NCBI GenBank assembly: GCA_964478715.1
Contig: CAYZIY010000012.1
Coordinates: 1 to 52,931, forward strand
Reading direction: 5' to 3'
DNA from: an uncultured Planctomycetales bacterium
Lineage (GTDB): Bacteria > Omnitrophota > Gorgyraeia > Zapsychrales > JBDRMG01
Length of the DNA: 52,931 bases
In this document: positions 25,553 to 33,246 of the stretch, in pieces
Layout: every line of letters begins with the position of its first letter
How positions within the stretch are numbered: the stretch's first letter is position 1
The notes under the pieces: generated by a model
Told to the model about the DNA's origin: nothing
Seen by the model: the letters and a program-made list of their open reading frames with translations, nothing else
Database searches by the model: none
Position numbers and translations under genes: made by a program

Positions 25553-26821
25553 ATGGCAAAAAATGATATCTATAACAGTAAACGGCAGTATGAGTCTATT
25601 GTCCGAAAGATTGAAAATTCGGTTTATTTGAAGCCGGATAAGAAAACGCAATACTATGTGAAGAATCCCGCCAATCTTCGATATTTTAAGCAACTGGTTA
25701 AAGAATTTACATTCAAAGATATTTCTTATATACGTAGGATTCAGTTTATCAAAGCGTTGCGCAAAACGTGTTTTGCAACTGAAAAAGATTTGAAAGATGT
25801 CACCCGTGAAGAGGTAAAAGATATTGTGGCTCAATTTCATGGTATTCACCGCACACCAATAACACGCCGGGATTTCATTAACTATAATAAAGCCATCTGG
25901 AAGGTTATCTTGCCTGAGAAAGATTATAAAGGACGGGTTGACGATACGATAACGCCATACGCGTGGAGGATATCGTCGTATTCTGATAAAAGCACGCAGA
26001 AAGATAAGGCAGACAAATTAACGCATGAAGAATATTTAAAAATATTGAACAGTTTGAATAAAGATCCTCGAATTCAGCTCTATTATTCTCTTATGTTTGA
26101 GTGCTTAGCCCGTCCCCAAGAGCTTTGCTATGTCGATATCAAGGATGTTGACGTGCGGGACAATTACGCGCGGATAAGGATTAAAGAATATGGGAAGGAG
26201 GGAACAAAAACACTTCAGGTAATCGACAGTTATTTTTATTTAACGGAATGGCTTAATAAACATCCTCTCAAACATGATCCTGATGCGCCGCTTTTTTTAT
26301 CAATAGGAAATAACAACAGGCATGCCAGATTGACGCCTAAACACGCGAATAAAATATTGCGAAACAAGCTAAAAGAGTTAGGCATCAATAAGCCAATTAC
26401 AAATTATTCTTTTAAACGAAACGGTGTCACGGTTAGGTATTTATCAGGCGAGCCTGCGCAGAATATTCAAAAAATCGCTGGGTGGACGTCTACAGATCAG
26501 TTGCGAACGTATGACCTTTCAGGGCAAGAGGATTTCTTAAATGAAGAATTGGTTCGCAAGGGAATTGCAAAGGCTGACGGTAAAGACAAGAAGCGCTTTT
26601 TGTCTTTTAAGAATTGTATGTTCTGTAATACGGTTAACCCTATTACTAACGAATTGTGCAGTCATTGTAAAAGGCCTCTGAACAGGGAAAAGATACTTGC
26701 AGAAGAGAAGAAAAAGAATGAGGAAATTGCAGCGATCAAGGAAAAGATGAATCAGATGAATGAGATGATGGAGTCTTTAATGCTTGAGAAAGTAAATGAT
26801 AGGTTGAAGGAAAATAGCTAA
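25553..26821 (+). CDS. tyrosine site-specific recombinase/integrase with C-terminal zinc ribbon and coiled coil
   Basis: Box I Arg lies in ECLARPQELCYVDIKDV. Box II-like region is YSFKRNGVTVRY...IAGWTSTDQLRTYD (Trp in place of His-II as in Cre, plus a terminal Tyr). A CMFC...CSHC zinc ribbon is present. Confidence 0.75.
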   Translation: MAKNDIYNSKRQYESIVRKIENSVYLKPDKKTQYYVKNPANLRYFKQLVKEFTFKDISYIRRIQFIKALRKTCFATEKDLKDVTREEVKDIVAQFHGIHRTPITRRDFINYNKAIWKVILPEKDYKGRVDDTITPYAWRISSYSDKSTQKDKADKLTHEEYLKILNSLNKDPRIQLYYSLMFECLARPQELCYVDIKDVDVRDNYARIRIKEYGKEGTKTLQVIDSYFYLTEWLNKHPLKHDPDAPLFLSIGNNNRHARLTPKHANKILRNKLKELGINKPITNYSFKRNGVTVRYLSGEPAQNIQKIAGWTSTDQLRTYDLSGQEDFLNEELVRKGIAKADGKDKKRFLSFKNCMFCNTVNPITNELCSHCKRPLNREKILAEEKKKNEEIAAIKEKMNQMNEMMESLMLEKVNDRLKENS

Positions 26822-27222
26822 GTCTTTTTTATTATCTTTTCAGCCTTATTTAAAAGCCGTTCAATATCTTTTTTCATAGCAACCATTTTTCCGCTGATAC
26901 GGCATTGGATCTCACCGAATTGCTTTAATTTATTCAGATCATCAGACATGGCGCGTTGAGTGGCTTTGATAATGTTAGTTTCAATAGCGATATTGTTGAG
27001 ATTCTTTGCCAGAGCTGCTTTATCGTTTGGATTGATCCGTGACTGCTGTTCAATGAAGCCGTTTAATGCGGAAATATTTTTCTCAATGGAGGTGGCGTAA
27101 TCATTTGCTCGGTAAAGATCAGTGATTGCTATTTGCTGATTCTTGTAGAATTGGTTTATATTCTGTTTTTGAGATGCAATGTTTTCGATCATTTTCTTGA
27201 GGATTTTCTGGGATTTCTTCAC
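26818..27222 (-). CDS. hypothetical coiled-coil protein
   Basis: 134-aa ORF with a GTG start. It overlaps the integrase stop by 4 nt (convergent). The conserved motif lies upstream. Confidence 0.45.
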   Translation of the reverse strand: MKKSQKILKKMIENIASQKQNINQFYKNQQIAITDLYRANDYATSIEKNISALNGFIEQQSRINPNDKAALAKNLNNIAIETNIIKATQRAMSDDLNKLKQFGEIQCRISGKMVAMKKDIERLLNKAEKIIKKT

Positions 27223-27253
27223 AAATAAAAAATAAAAAAAGGGAAATAAATAT

Positions 27254-27272
27254 TTTGCACTGAAATAACACT
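27254..27272 (-). promoter_or_regulatory. conserved promoter/operator motif, copy 2
   Basis: The plus-strand text is TTTTGCACTGAAATAACAC, ~32 nt upstream of the start at 27222. Confidence 0.5.
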
Positions 27273-27447
27273 ATTTGTTCTGGTAGCTTTTCAGTGTTTT
27301 TTGGTAGCTGATGCCGTCAAGCGCGTCATAATAATCATGCCGGTAGTTATCGAGAAAATGGGATAACTTAAAATCAATTGAACGCACATGATCAGCAATC
27401 TTGAGCACAGCATTTTTACATTTGTCCTCAAGGGTTTCATCCTTCAT
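27271..27447 (-). CDS. small hypothetical protein (58 aa; absent from the ORF track, presumably too short)
   Basis: My own translation is MKDETLEDKCKNAVLKIADHVRSIDFKLSHFLDNYRHDYYDALDGISYQKTLKSYQNK. The start abuts the stop of the upstream small ORF. Confidence 0.35.
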   Translation of the reverse strand: MKDETLEDKCKNAVLKIADHVRSIDFKLSHFLDNYRHDYYDALDGISYQKTLKSYQNK

Positions 27448-27621
27448 TTAATCACCCTGTGTTATGACTTTGTGCAGGTAGTTGATATGCACAATATCGG
27501 TTCGCGTGGTTTTGATGATCAGCCATTTTTGGTCTTTGCTTAGTTTTATCGACCGAGAAAGCGTCGGCTGCTTATCTTCGAATTCTTTCTTTTGCGGTTC
27601 TTTCATTTTTTCTGTCTTCAT
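27448..27621 (-). CDS. small hypothetical protein (57 aa; absent from the ORF track, presumably too short)
   Basis: My own translation is MKTEKMKEPQKKEFEDKQPTLSRSIKLSKDQKWLIIKTTRTDIVHINYLHKVITQGD. Conserved motif copy 3 lies 63 nt upstream. Confidence 0.35.
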   Translation of the reverse strand: MKTEKMKEPQKKEFEDKQPTLSRSIKLSKDQKWLIIKTTRTDIVHINYLHKVITQGD

Positions 27622-27683
27622 TTTAGTTCCTCCTCTATCACCTCAAGTTACTATTCAAAAGAAGTGAAAGGGATGTATAAAAA

Positions 27684-27708
27684 CTTTATACAGAAATAGT
27701 AATGAAGC
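27684..27708 (-). promoter_or_regulatory. conserved promoter/operator motif, copy 3
   Basis: The plus-strand text is CTTTATACAGAAATAGTAATGAAGC. The minus-strand reading gives TTGCTT, 16 nt, then TAAAGT. Confidence 0.5.
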
Positions 27709-27750
27709 AATTGGGGGGAGAGAGGGGCGGATAAGCTCCGCCCCAAAAGG

Positions 27751-27996
27751 TTACTCAAGCACAAGGTTTTTGTTGACGACAAGTGTGCTGCCGGGATTTA
27801 TCAGCTTTGTAAATATTTCCTTGTTGATCAAGACCGCAAGCGGCTTGCTTGTGTAGTTGCCTTCTTCTCCGTTGAGCGCGGCAATGACGCAGGTATTAAT
27901 CCCGTCAAATTCCGTTGCCAGTAAAACAAAATTATGGAATTGTCCGCTAATAATATCTCTAAAGACTTTGATCTCATCAGGGGTAATGTCTCGCAT
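27751..27996 (-). CDS. hypothetical protein
   Basis: 81-aa ORF in a co-directional gene string. No motif was recognised. Confidence 0.45.
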   Translation of the reverse strand: MRDITPDEIKVFRDIISGQFHNFVLLATEFDGINTCVIAALNGEEGNYTSKPLAVLINKEIFTKLINPGSTLVVNKNLVLE

Positions 27997-28015
27997 AGTT
28001 TTGACTCCTTTGTTT

Positions 28016-28441
28016 TTATGGGGTTAATAACCCTTCATCGGAAAAGCTAAAATGGTTGTTGTTGTCTTCACCGATAATTACATGGTCAAGCAATTGGATT
28101 TCAATGATCTTCCCAGCTTTAGTTAGCTCTTTTGTTTTATGGATATCTTCCATAGACGCTTTGACATCACCTGAAGGGTGATTGTGACAAACAATGATTG
28201 ACGCAACGCCTTTCATGATTGCCATGCGGTACAGCTCTCTTGGATGCACAATGGTTTGATTTAAAAGTCCTAAGGTAACAAGCTCAACATATTTGATCTT
28301 GTTAGCGGAATTTAAACCGATGCTCCAAAAATGTTCTTTGTTCCTGTCGATTTCACATTCAGCATTGAGGATAGCCGAACATATTTCAGCAACCGCCTTA
28401 CTGCATGTGATCTTTTTCTTTGTATAGCCACGTATATTCAT
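28016..28441 (-). CDS. RadC-like JAB/MPN domain protein
   Basis: HPRELYRMAIMKGVASIIVCHNHPSGDVKASMEDI...LLDHVIIG is the RadC JAMM-like motif (HNHPSG..S..D). The start was chosen at MNIRGY. Confidence 0.85.
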   Translation of the reverse strand: MNIRGYTKKKITCSKAVAEICSAILNAECEIDRNKEHFWSIGLNSANKIKYVELVTLGLLNQTIVHPRELYRMAIMKGVASIIVCHNHPSGDVKASMEDIHKTKELTKAGKIIEIQLLDHVIIGEDNNNHFSFSDEGLLTP

Positions 28442-28644
28442 GAGCAGAGATCCTTTCTGTAGAATGAATGAAAAAAAGAGGGCAGTTTTTGGTGTCATGC
28501 CCGGGACAGTGTTTTCGCTGTTTTTAGTGGTTTCTTTTTTGGTTTTGGTGTTTTGAGCTTTTCCCCGCTGGTGTCCTCACAACATGGTGAGTAAGAAGGT
28601 TCTCGCAACCTTTCGAGGGGCTGGTTTAAGATATCCAGCAACCA

Positions 28645-28676
28645 TAAAAAGAGGGGAGCCTTCCCCAAAGCTCCCC
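28645..28676 (-). terminator. intrinsic terminator downstream of the DUF2958 gene
   Basis: The minus strand reads GGGGAGC-TTTGGGGAAG-GCTCCCC followed by TCTTTTTAT. A second perfect 9-bp hairpin (28683-28704) lies just upstream. Confidence 0.55.
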
Positions 28677-28721
28677 TAACTCGCAGATAACCCTTGTTAT
28701 CTGCATCCCCCAATTTGTTGT

Positions 28722-29075
28722 TTAGTTGGTCGTTAAAGCCTCCTTTCTTTGCCAGCCTTGTGCTTTGCATATCGATGCAATGCTTTGGGCTTGTGTTGGC
28801 GGGAAGTGAAGATCACGGTCAACTTCCATAAAGCTCGCTTTTATTTCAGCAAGCTCATGAAGGCTGAAATATCCCCACTCGGCCATTTCGTAATCATTGT
28901 TTAAGATCACGAATCCAAAAAACAGTTGGTTTTCAGGATCGTATTCGGCAGCGTACCAATCACAGCCTCCAAGGAAAAAGTGCGTATGAATCACTTTTTC
29001 TTTTAGTGGTGTGTTTTCAGTAGCGTAGAGGGGTGGAAGGGTTTTAAGGTCTTCTGTTGTTGGTTTGTTCCACAT
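28722..29075 (-). CDS. DUF2958 domain protein
   Basis: LPPLYATENTPLKEKVIHTHFFLGGCDWYAAEYDPENQLFFGFVILNNDYEMAEWGYFSLHELAEI...VDRDLHFPP matches the DUF2958 pattern. The RBS AAAGGAGAAA lies upstream. Confidence 0.8.
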   Translation of the reverse strand: MWNKPTTEDLKTLPPLYATENTPLKEKVIHTHFFLGGCDWYAAEYDPENQLFFGFVILNNDYEMAEWGYFSLHELAEIKASFMEVDRDLHFPPTQAQSIASICKAQGWQRKEALTTN

Positions 29076-29203
29076 ACGGTTTCTCCTTTCTCTTCTTTTT
29101 CCGGGATACTTACCCAGATGTCCGTTGGGCTAAGATCAACCCAATCTAAAATTTCTTCACCGTTCCATTTCTCCTGCGGTATCCACATCCATGTTCTCCT
29201 TTC

Positions 29204-29695
29204 CTATGAGCACAAAAAAGTGCCTTGTTCTGTTTCGTGGTAGCCGTCCATGCTGAGATGGTTTCCCAGCAGCTCAAAATCGATATAGCTTTTGATGTTG
29301 TCTGAAATGTCTCCGAAGAGACCTTCTTCGACTAAATCGCGAGCCACATCTTCGAGGGTCATATCTTTGTAAAAGACGACATCCTCATATTTTTCGAGCG
29401 CTTGTTGCCTGTCGTAACAGACACTTTTTATGAGATAGATGACGCGCTCCAAGTCGTACCCGGATTTGTTCTGAAGTTCATCAACAAAGCTGTTTAAGTC
29501 ACGAAGATTTTCATATTCGTGAATCTCAAACGGAGCCTCATAATCCGTGATGAAATATTCTTCATCGGTTCCGAGCACTTCCTGTATTTCTTCATCTAAC
29601 TCTTCTTCGGTTAATGGGAGTTCGACCCATTTTCCGAATAATTCTCCGGCGTTGTATTTCGCCAGATTCGTAAGGTAAATGTTTACCTCACACAT
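29204..29695 (-). CDS. ardA: antirestriction protein ArdA
   Basis: VNIYLTNLAKYNAGELFGKWVELPLTEEELDEEIQEVLG.DEEYFITDYE is typical of the acidic ArdA N-terminus. The start MCEVNIY was chosen because AGGAGG lies 7 nt upstream. Confidence 0.85.
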   Translation of the reverse strand: MCEVNIYLTNLAKYNAGELFGKWVELPLTEEELDEEIQEVLGTDEEYFITDYEAPFEIHEYENLRDLNSFVDELQNKSGYDLERVIYLIKSVCYDRQQALEKYEDVVFYKDMTLEDVARDLVEEGLFGDISDNIKSYIDFELLGNHLSMDGYHETEQGTFLCS

Positions 29696-29853
29696 CGCGC
29701 ACCTCCTTTCCAAAAGGGTTTTCCAGTTCTCTGGAATCAATTTCTGTCTGTTTGCCCGGCACCGTTCGGGTAAATGTTGTGGTGCTTTGCAAAAGTGATG
29801 CTTTTGCAAATTGTGTTGTTATTGGAAAGGGGTAAGTCAGGGGTAGTATTTAT

Positions 29854-29880
29854 TTGTTACACTGAAGTAGTAATGAAAGG
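29854..29880 (-). promoter_or_regulatory. conserved promoter/operator motif, copy 4
   Basis: The plus-strand text is TTTGTTACACTGAAGTAGTAATGAAAGG, ~160 nt upstream of the ardA start. Confidence 0.45.
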
Positions 29881-29937
29881 ATTAGGACTTGTAAGTCATA
29901 TTCGAAATATTAATAATCCCCAAGAATTCGAATATGA

Positions 29938-30291
29938 TTAGGGTTTCTTGATGTAGATAGGCGCTCTTAAGAAAGTATCTTTTGCGGCTTTGGCACTGAA
30001 GTTGGATGATTTCTTTAAAACCATCACAATCGGAGACTGAGCAATGATTTTTGTTCCTACAGATGTATCTTTATCAATGTAAAGCGCGCCTCTTAAGGCA
30101 CGCAAAGATGAGATGAGAGCGGCGGCTGATACGTCCAGTTCTTTGGTAATTCGTTTGAGCGGAGTCCAGGCGTGTAGTCGTGGAATGAGTTTAAGAAGTC
30201 TTTCGACTCGTTTAGATTCGGATCGTTCCAGATACCAATACTCAAGCGGTTGCCCGTTTGTTTCTGAATAAACTATTCTTAAGCGTGCCAT
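29938..30291 (-). CDS. hypothetical protein
   Basis: 117-aa ORF. It overlaps the upstream ATPase gene end by 13 nt. Confidence 0.45.
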   Translation of the reverse strand: MARLRIVYSETNGQPLEYWYLERSESKRVERLLKLIPRLHAWTPLKRITKELDVSAAALISSLRALRGALYIDKDTSVGTKIIAQSPIVMVLKKSSNFSAKAAKDTFLRAPIYIKKP

Positions 30292-31688
30292 TTTTTCTGA
30301 ATATCAATAAGCTCCTGATCTGTGAGAGATGTTTTAAACGGCGGTAAAGGTGTTCTAAGCAAGCAATTTCGAACCCTGCCCTTAACCTTGACTAAACAGT
30401 TACCCCGCCATATTTGGTCGATAAAGGGGATTTGATGCGGCCTTAGAAATAAGCTGTTTGCCGACGCGTCAATATCCTTCTTTGTCTGCAAAGCAAAGTG
30501 TGCTTGGATTTTGGCGTTACCCACAACATAATTCGGCAGTTCACTGGCTTCCTGTGCTATCGCGACAATGCCTATTCCAAATTTACGCGCTTCTTTAAAT
30601 AGCGTTTTTATAATGTCACTGCCGACCTGTTTTTCAATACTGCTTTTAGGAAGCATATTGGGGAATTCTTCTAACACAAATGCTGTCCGTAGTTCATCGG
30701 TTTCACCCTTATGAAGAAAATACAAAGCTGAATAGGTAAGCATTAATTCTTGAAAAAGCACACGCAGGTGTTCAGGTGTTTCAATATCCATTTCAATAAT
30801 GGTTATTCCGGGCTTTTCCAGTATGTCTTCAGCAATATTGATAGGATCACGGGCACCGAAAAGCTCGTTCACTGATTGACGGGTTAGTTCTTTAGTGACT
30901 CTCTCGCATGACTGTTTCCAGAGAAGCTGTCTTGCCTGTGCGTGTTGCTTCTGTACATTCTTTTGAATATCTTCAATATTTGGGAGTAACCTTAAAATGC
31001 CTTTCTGATAAGCGTACATAAGGTTTTCCGCCTCGTTCTCGATATAATCAGCGACACCTTGTCCAGCCAGAAGACTTTTTTGAAGAGGTTTATTAGCGGC
31101 AATGGAAAGCCAGTTGGAGAAACTCACGTTAGGAGGCGGAGAGAAAAGCATATTCCACGCGAACGGCTTAAGGTCACGACCTATCGTGTAAACACGAATA
31201 TTCTTTATAAAGGGATTCTCACTTTCAGGAAGTGTTAGAAGATTACGCCATGTTCTATTCCAGTCAAAGATAATCACGTTCTGATTTTTTCGCGCAAGCT
31301 CTATAACAAGATTGTAGGCAAGAGTTGTTTTGCCGACACCCGATAGTCCGGTGATGATCATGTGGTTCTTTATGTCTTCATAGTCCAGATAGAGGGGATA
31401 AAGAATTCTATCCTGATTCATTCGGTCTTTACCGTAACAAATATCACCTAGAAAGATGTCGCCTTTGCCAAAACATTCCTCACGGGTTGAAGGAGGCAGT
31501 AGTACCTGATTGGGAAGGAACGAATCTCTTAAAAGCTTCTTTGCAGAGAGTGACAGCAGCTTGTGAATCCTTTCTTTTCGTTCTTCATCCCCGATTTGGT
31601 AAAGGAAGCGTAATTTTTCAACTTTTTCACGACCCCATTCAGGTTCAAGTTTTAAAAAGAGGTCATCGGTTGTTGCTGATTGAAACAT
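30279..31688 (-). CDS. P-loop NTPase, HerA/FtsK-like (DUF87-type), putative DNA translocase
   Basis: Walker A is ITGLSGVGKTTLAYNLV. The sequence then reads NVIIFDWNRTW, and Walker B is AFVLEEFPNML. Confidence 0.55.
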   Translation of the reverse strand: MFQSATTDDLFLKLEPEWGREKVEKLRFLYQIGDEERKERIHKLLSLSAKKLLRDSFLPNQVLLPPSTREECFGKGDIFLGDICYGKDRMNQDRILYPLYLDYEDIKNHMIITGLSGVGKTTLAYNLVIELARKNQNVIIFDWNRTWRNLLTLPESENPFIKNIRVYTIGRDLKPFAWNMLFSPPPNVSFSNWLSIAANKPLQKSLLAGQGVADYIENEAENLMYAYQKGILRLLPNIEDIQKNVQKQHAQARQLLWKQSCERVTKELTRQSVNELFGARDPINIAEDILEKPGITIIEMDIETPEHLRVLFQELMLTYSALYFLHKGETDELRTAFVLEEFPNMLPKSSIEKQVGSDIIKTLFKEARKFGIGIVAIAQEASELPNYVVGNAKIQAHFALQTKKDIDASANSLFLRPHQIPFIDQIWRGNCLVKVKGRVRNCLLRTPLPPFKTSLTDQELIDIQKKWHA

Positions 31689-31689
31689 T

Positions 31690-32169
31690 TTATTCCCTCA
31701 TGATTTTTTGGTCTGATTTCTGGCTTTGGTGTTTGTGGAATAAATCAACAAAGTAATTTGTGGGGGCAACAAGGTCTTTCCAGCATTGGACTTTGTGCTC
31801 AAGTTTTTGTTTCTCAATACCCATGAGTTCTTTGGTTATCATAGATTTCTTCCGCTCAATATTCATATTCGTACCGGGATAAAAAGCGGACATATCTCCG
31901 GCTTCAGCTCTGAGGGTGTTCCACTGCTCATCCAATGACTGATTAATATCATGATAAATTTTAAGGCGGTAGTTGATTGAGCATGCCGTGTTAATGACTT
32001 TATCAAGCAGAGCGGTTGAATCTTGAAGTAGTATTTCATCCAGTGAGAAATTATCTTCAGGTTGCTCATGCGGATTAGCGTTGTAATTGTTTTGATGACT
32101 TTTTTGATAAAGGTATTTATCAAATATTGGATTGCTGTAATACCCTTGTGAATCATTGTTGAAGTTCAT
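31690..32169 (-). CDS. hypothetical protein
   Basis: 159-aa ORF and the first gene of the leftward string. Conserved motif copy 5 lies upstream. Confidence 0.45.
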   Translation of the reverse strand: MNFNNDSQGYYSNPIFDKYLYQKSHQNNYNANPHEQPEDNFSLDEILLQDSTALLDKVINTACSINYRLKIYHDINQSLDEQWNTLRAEAGDMSAFYPGTNMNIERKKSMITKELMGIEKQKLEHKVQCWKDLVAPTNYFVDLFHKHQSQKSDQKIMRE

Positions 32170-32203
32170 TGTTACTTATCAGTGAAGAATTAGAAGAATA
32201 TAA

Positions 32204-32230
32204 ACTTTACACTGAAATTGTGATAAATGC
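32204..32230 (-). promoter_or_regulatory. conserved promoter/operator motif, copy 5
   Basis: The plus-strand text is ACTTTACACTGAAATTGTGATAAATGC, ~40 nt upstream of the start at 32169. Confidence 0.5.
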
Positions 32231-32533
32231 ATTGTGGCATAACCTGTAGCAAAACAAGTAGCAAAAGTCACAAAGTTTAAAATACTTAAAATACGTATTA
32301 CCAGTTACTTACAGCATATTTACATCCCCTACTATTGTCTGTGTCTACGCCTTCGGCTCCGACCCAGACAACACCAAAAAAATCTAAGAAAATACTGCTC
32401 AGAAATCACCAGAAATTACCACAAAAATTTAAACATTTCTCGACGACAAAGAACGAAACATTTATATAGTAAAGCCTCTTTACAAAAGATTAGAAAATGG
32501 CATAAAAGCCGACGAGAAATAAGGATAAAAAAG

Positions 32534-32767
32534 GTGCTAAGAATGAACAAAGAAACCAATAAAACAGGGCAAGAAATAAAGACCTATAAAGGAATGGATT
32601 ACTTTCAAGATAAGGACGATTTATGGAAAGTCATTCTTGATAAAGACAGCGTTTTTATTGTTGCTTTGGATGATTCGAAAACCTGCGGGCATAGAAGAAT
32701 TTTAGAAGAGGCAAACACAGAAAACACATGCAGGAATTATATAGATTTTTGCACAAGCGAAAGATAA
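32534..32767 (+). CDS. small hypothetical protein
   Basis: 77-aa ORF with a GTG start preceded by AAGGATAAAAAAG. No motif was recognised. Confidence 0.3.
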   Translation: MLRMNKETNKTGQEIKTYKGMDYFQDKDDLWKVILDKDSVFIVALDDSKTCGHRRILEEANTENTCRNYIDFCTSER

Positions 32768-32816
32768 AGAAAACGCCCGCAAGGCGTCAGACCTTGCAGG
32801 CAAGAGGCAGTAAAAA

Positions 32817-33242
32817 ATGGAAACGAACCAAATTAAACCAACCTCTGAGAAGACTGATTCTCAGAACAACAATAAAAATGTTTCGCAAGAAACAGAGATT
32901 AAAAGCGAGCTGGCAAGCTTTACAGGAACAGAGCAGTATTTTCGCCACTGGATGAGATTTGTTTATACCGATGGCGTAAAGTATTTGGCTGAGCGGTGCG
33001 GGTGCTACTGGCTTTTAGATGCGATAGGAAGCTACCAGCATAAGCCAAAGATAAAGACAGCACCGTTTCAGATTTGGACACTCAATGTAAACAACGAAGA
33101 AAAAAGCGCCGTGCTTGAGATGAAGGAAGATTCCGGCCAGCCTGTTTTAGTAAGGCAGGAAATAAAGTATACAGACTTCCCGCTCTCAGAAATAAAGCTT
33201 TACTACATTGAAGGCGTACTGCTTCTGACAAGCGAATATTAA
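32817..33242 (+). CDS. DUF6876 family protein
   Basis: FTGTEQYFRHWMRFVYTDGVKYLAERCGCYWLLDAIGSYQ matches my memory of the DUF6876 signature found on conjugative elements. Confidence 0.65.
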   Translation: METNQIKPTSEKTDSQNNNKNVSQETEIKSELASFTGTEQYFRHWMRFVYTDGVKYLAERCGCYWLLDAIGSYQHKPKIKTAPFQIWTLNVNNEEKSAVLEMKEDSGQPVLVRQEIKYTDFPLSEIKLYYIEGVLLLTSEY

Positions 33243-33246
33243 GCGG

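Noticed and set aside
25412-25849. 145-aa minus-strand ORF overlapping the tyrosine recombinase start
   Set aside because: It is antisense to a motif-supported gene and spans the structured non-coding region. No motifs are present.
27724-27744. GC hairpin GGGGCGG-ATAAGCT-CCGCCCC downstream of the 81-aa leftward gene
   Set aside because: On the transcribed (minus) strand the U-run precedes rather than follows the stem. It may stabilise the RNA, but I do not call it a terminator.
28495-28770. 91-aa minus-strand ORF between RadC and DUF2958
   Set aside because: It has a low-complexity Lys/Pro-rich tail, overlaps the DUF2958 3' end and coincides with multiple hairpins. The region is treated as non-coding structured DNA/RNA.
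29003-29188. 61-aa minus-strand ORF overlapping the DUF2958 start by ~70 nt
   Set aside because: Only the first ~37 codons lie in intergenic space and no motif is present. It is possibly a short upstream ORF but is unsupported.
25076-32230. Whether the recurring motif copies or other repeats constitute a CRISPR array
   Set aside because: The copies are kilobases apart, each in a separate promoter region, and are imperfect. No regularly spaced repeat-spacer structure exists anywhere in the window.
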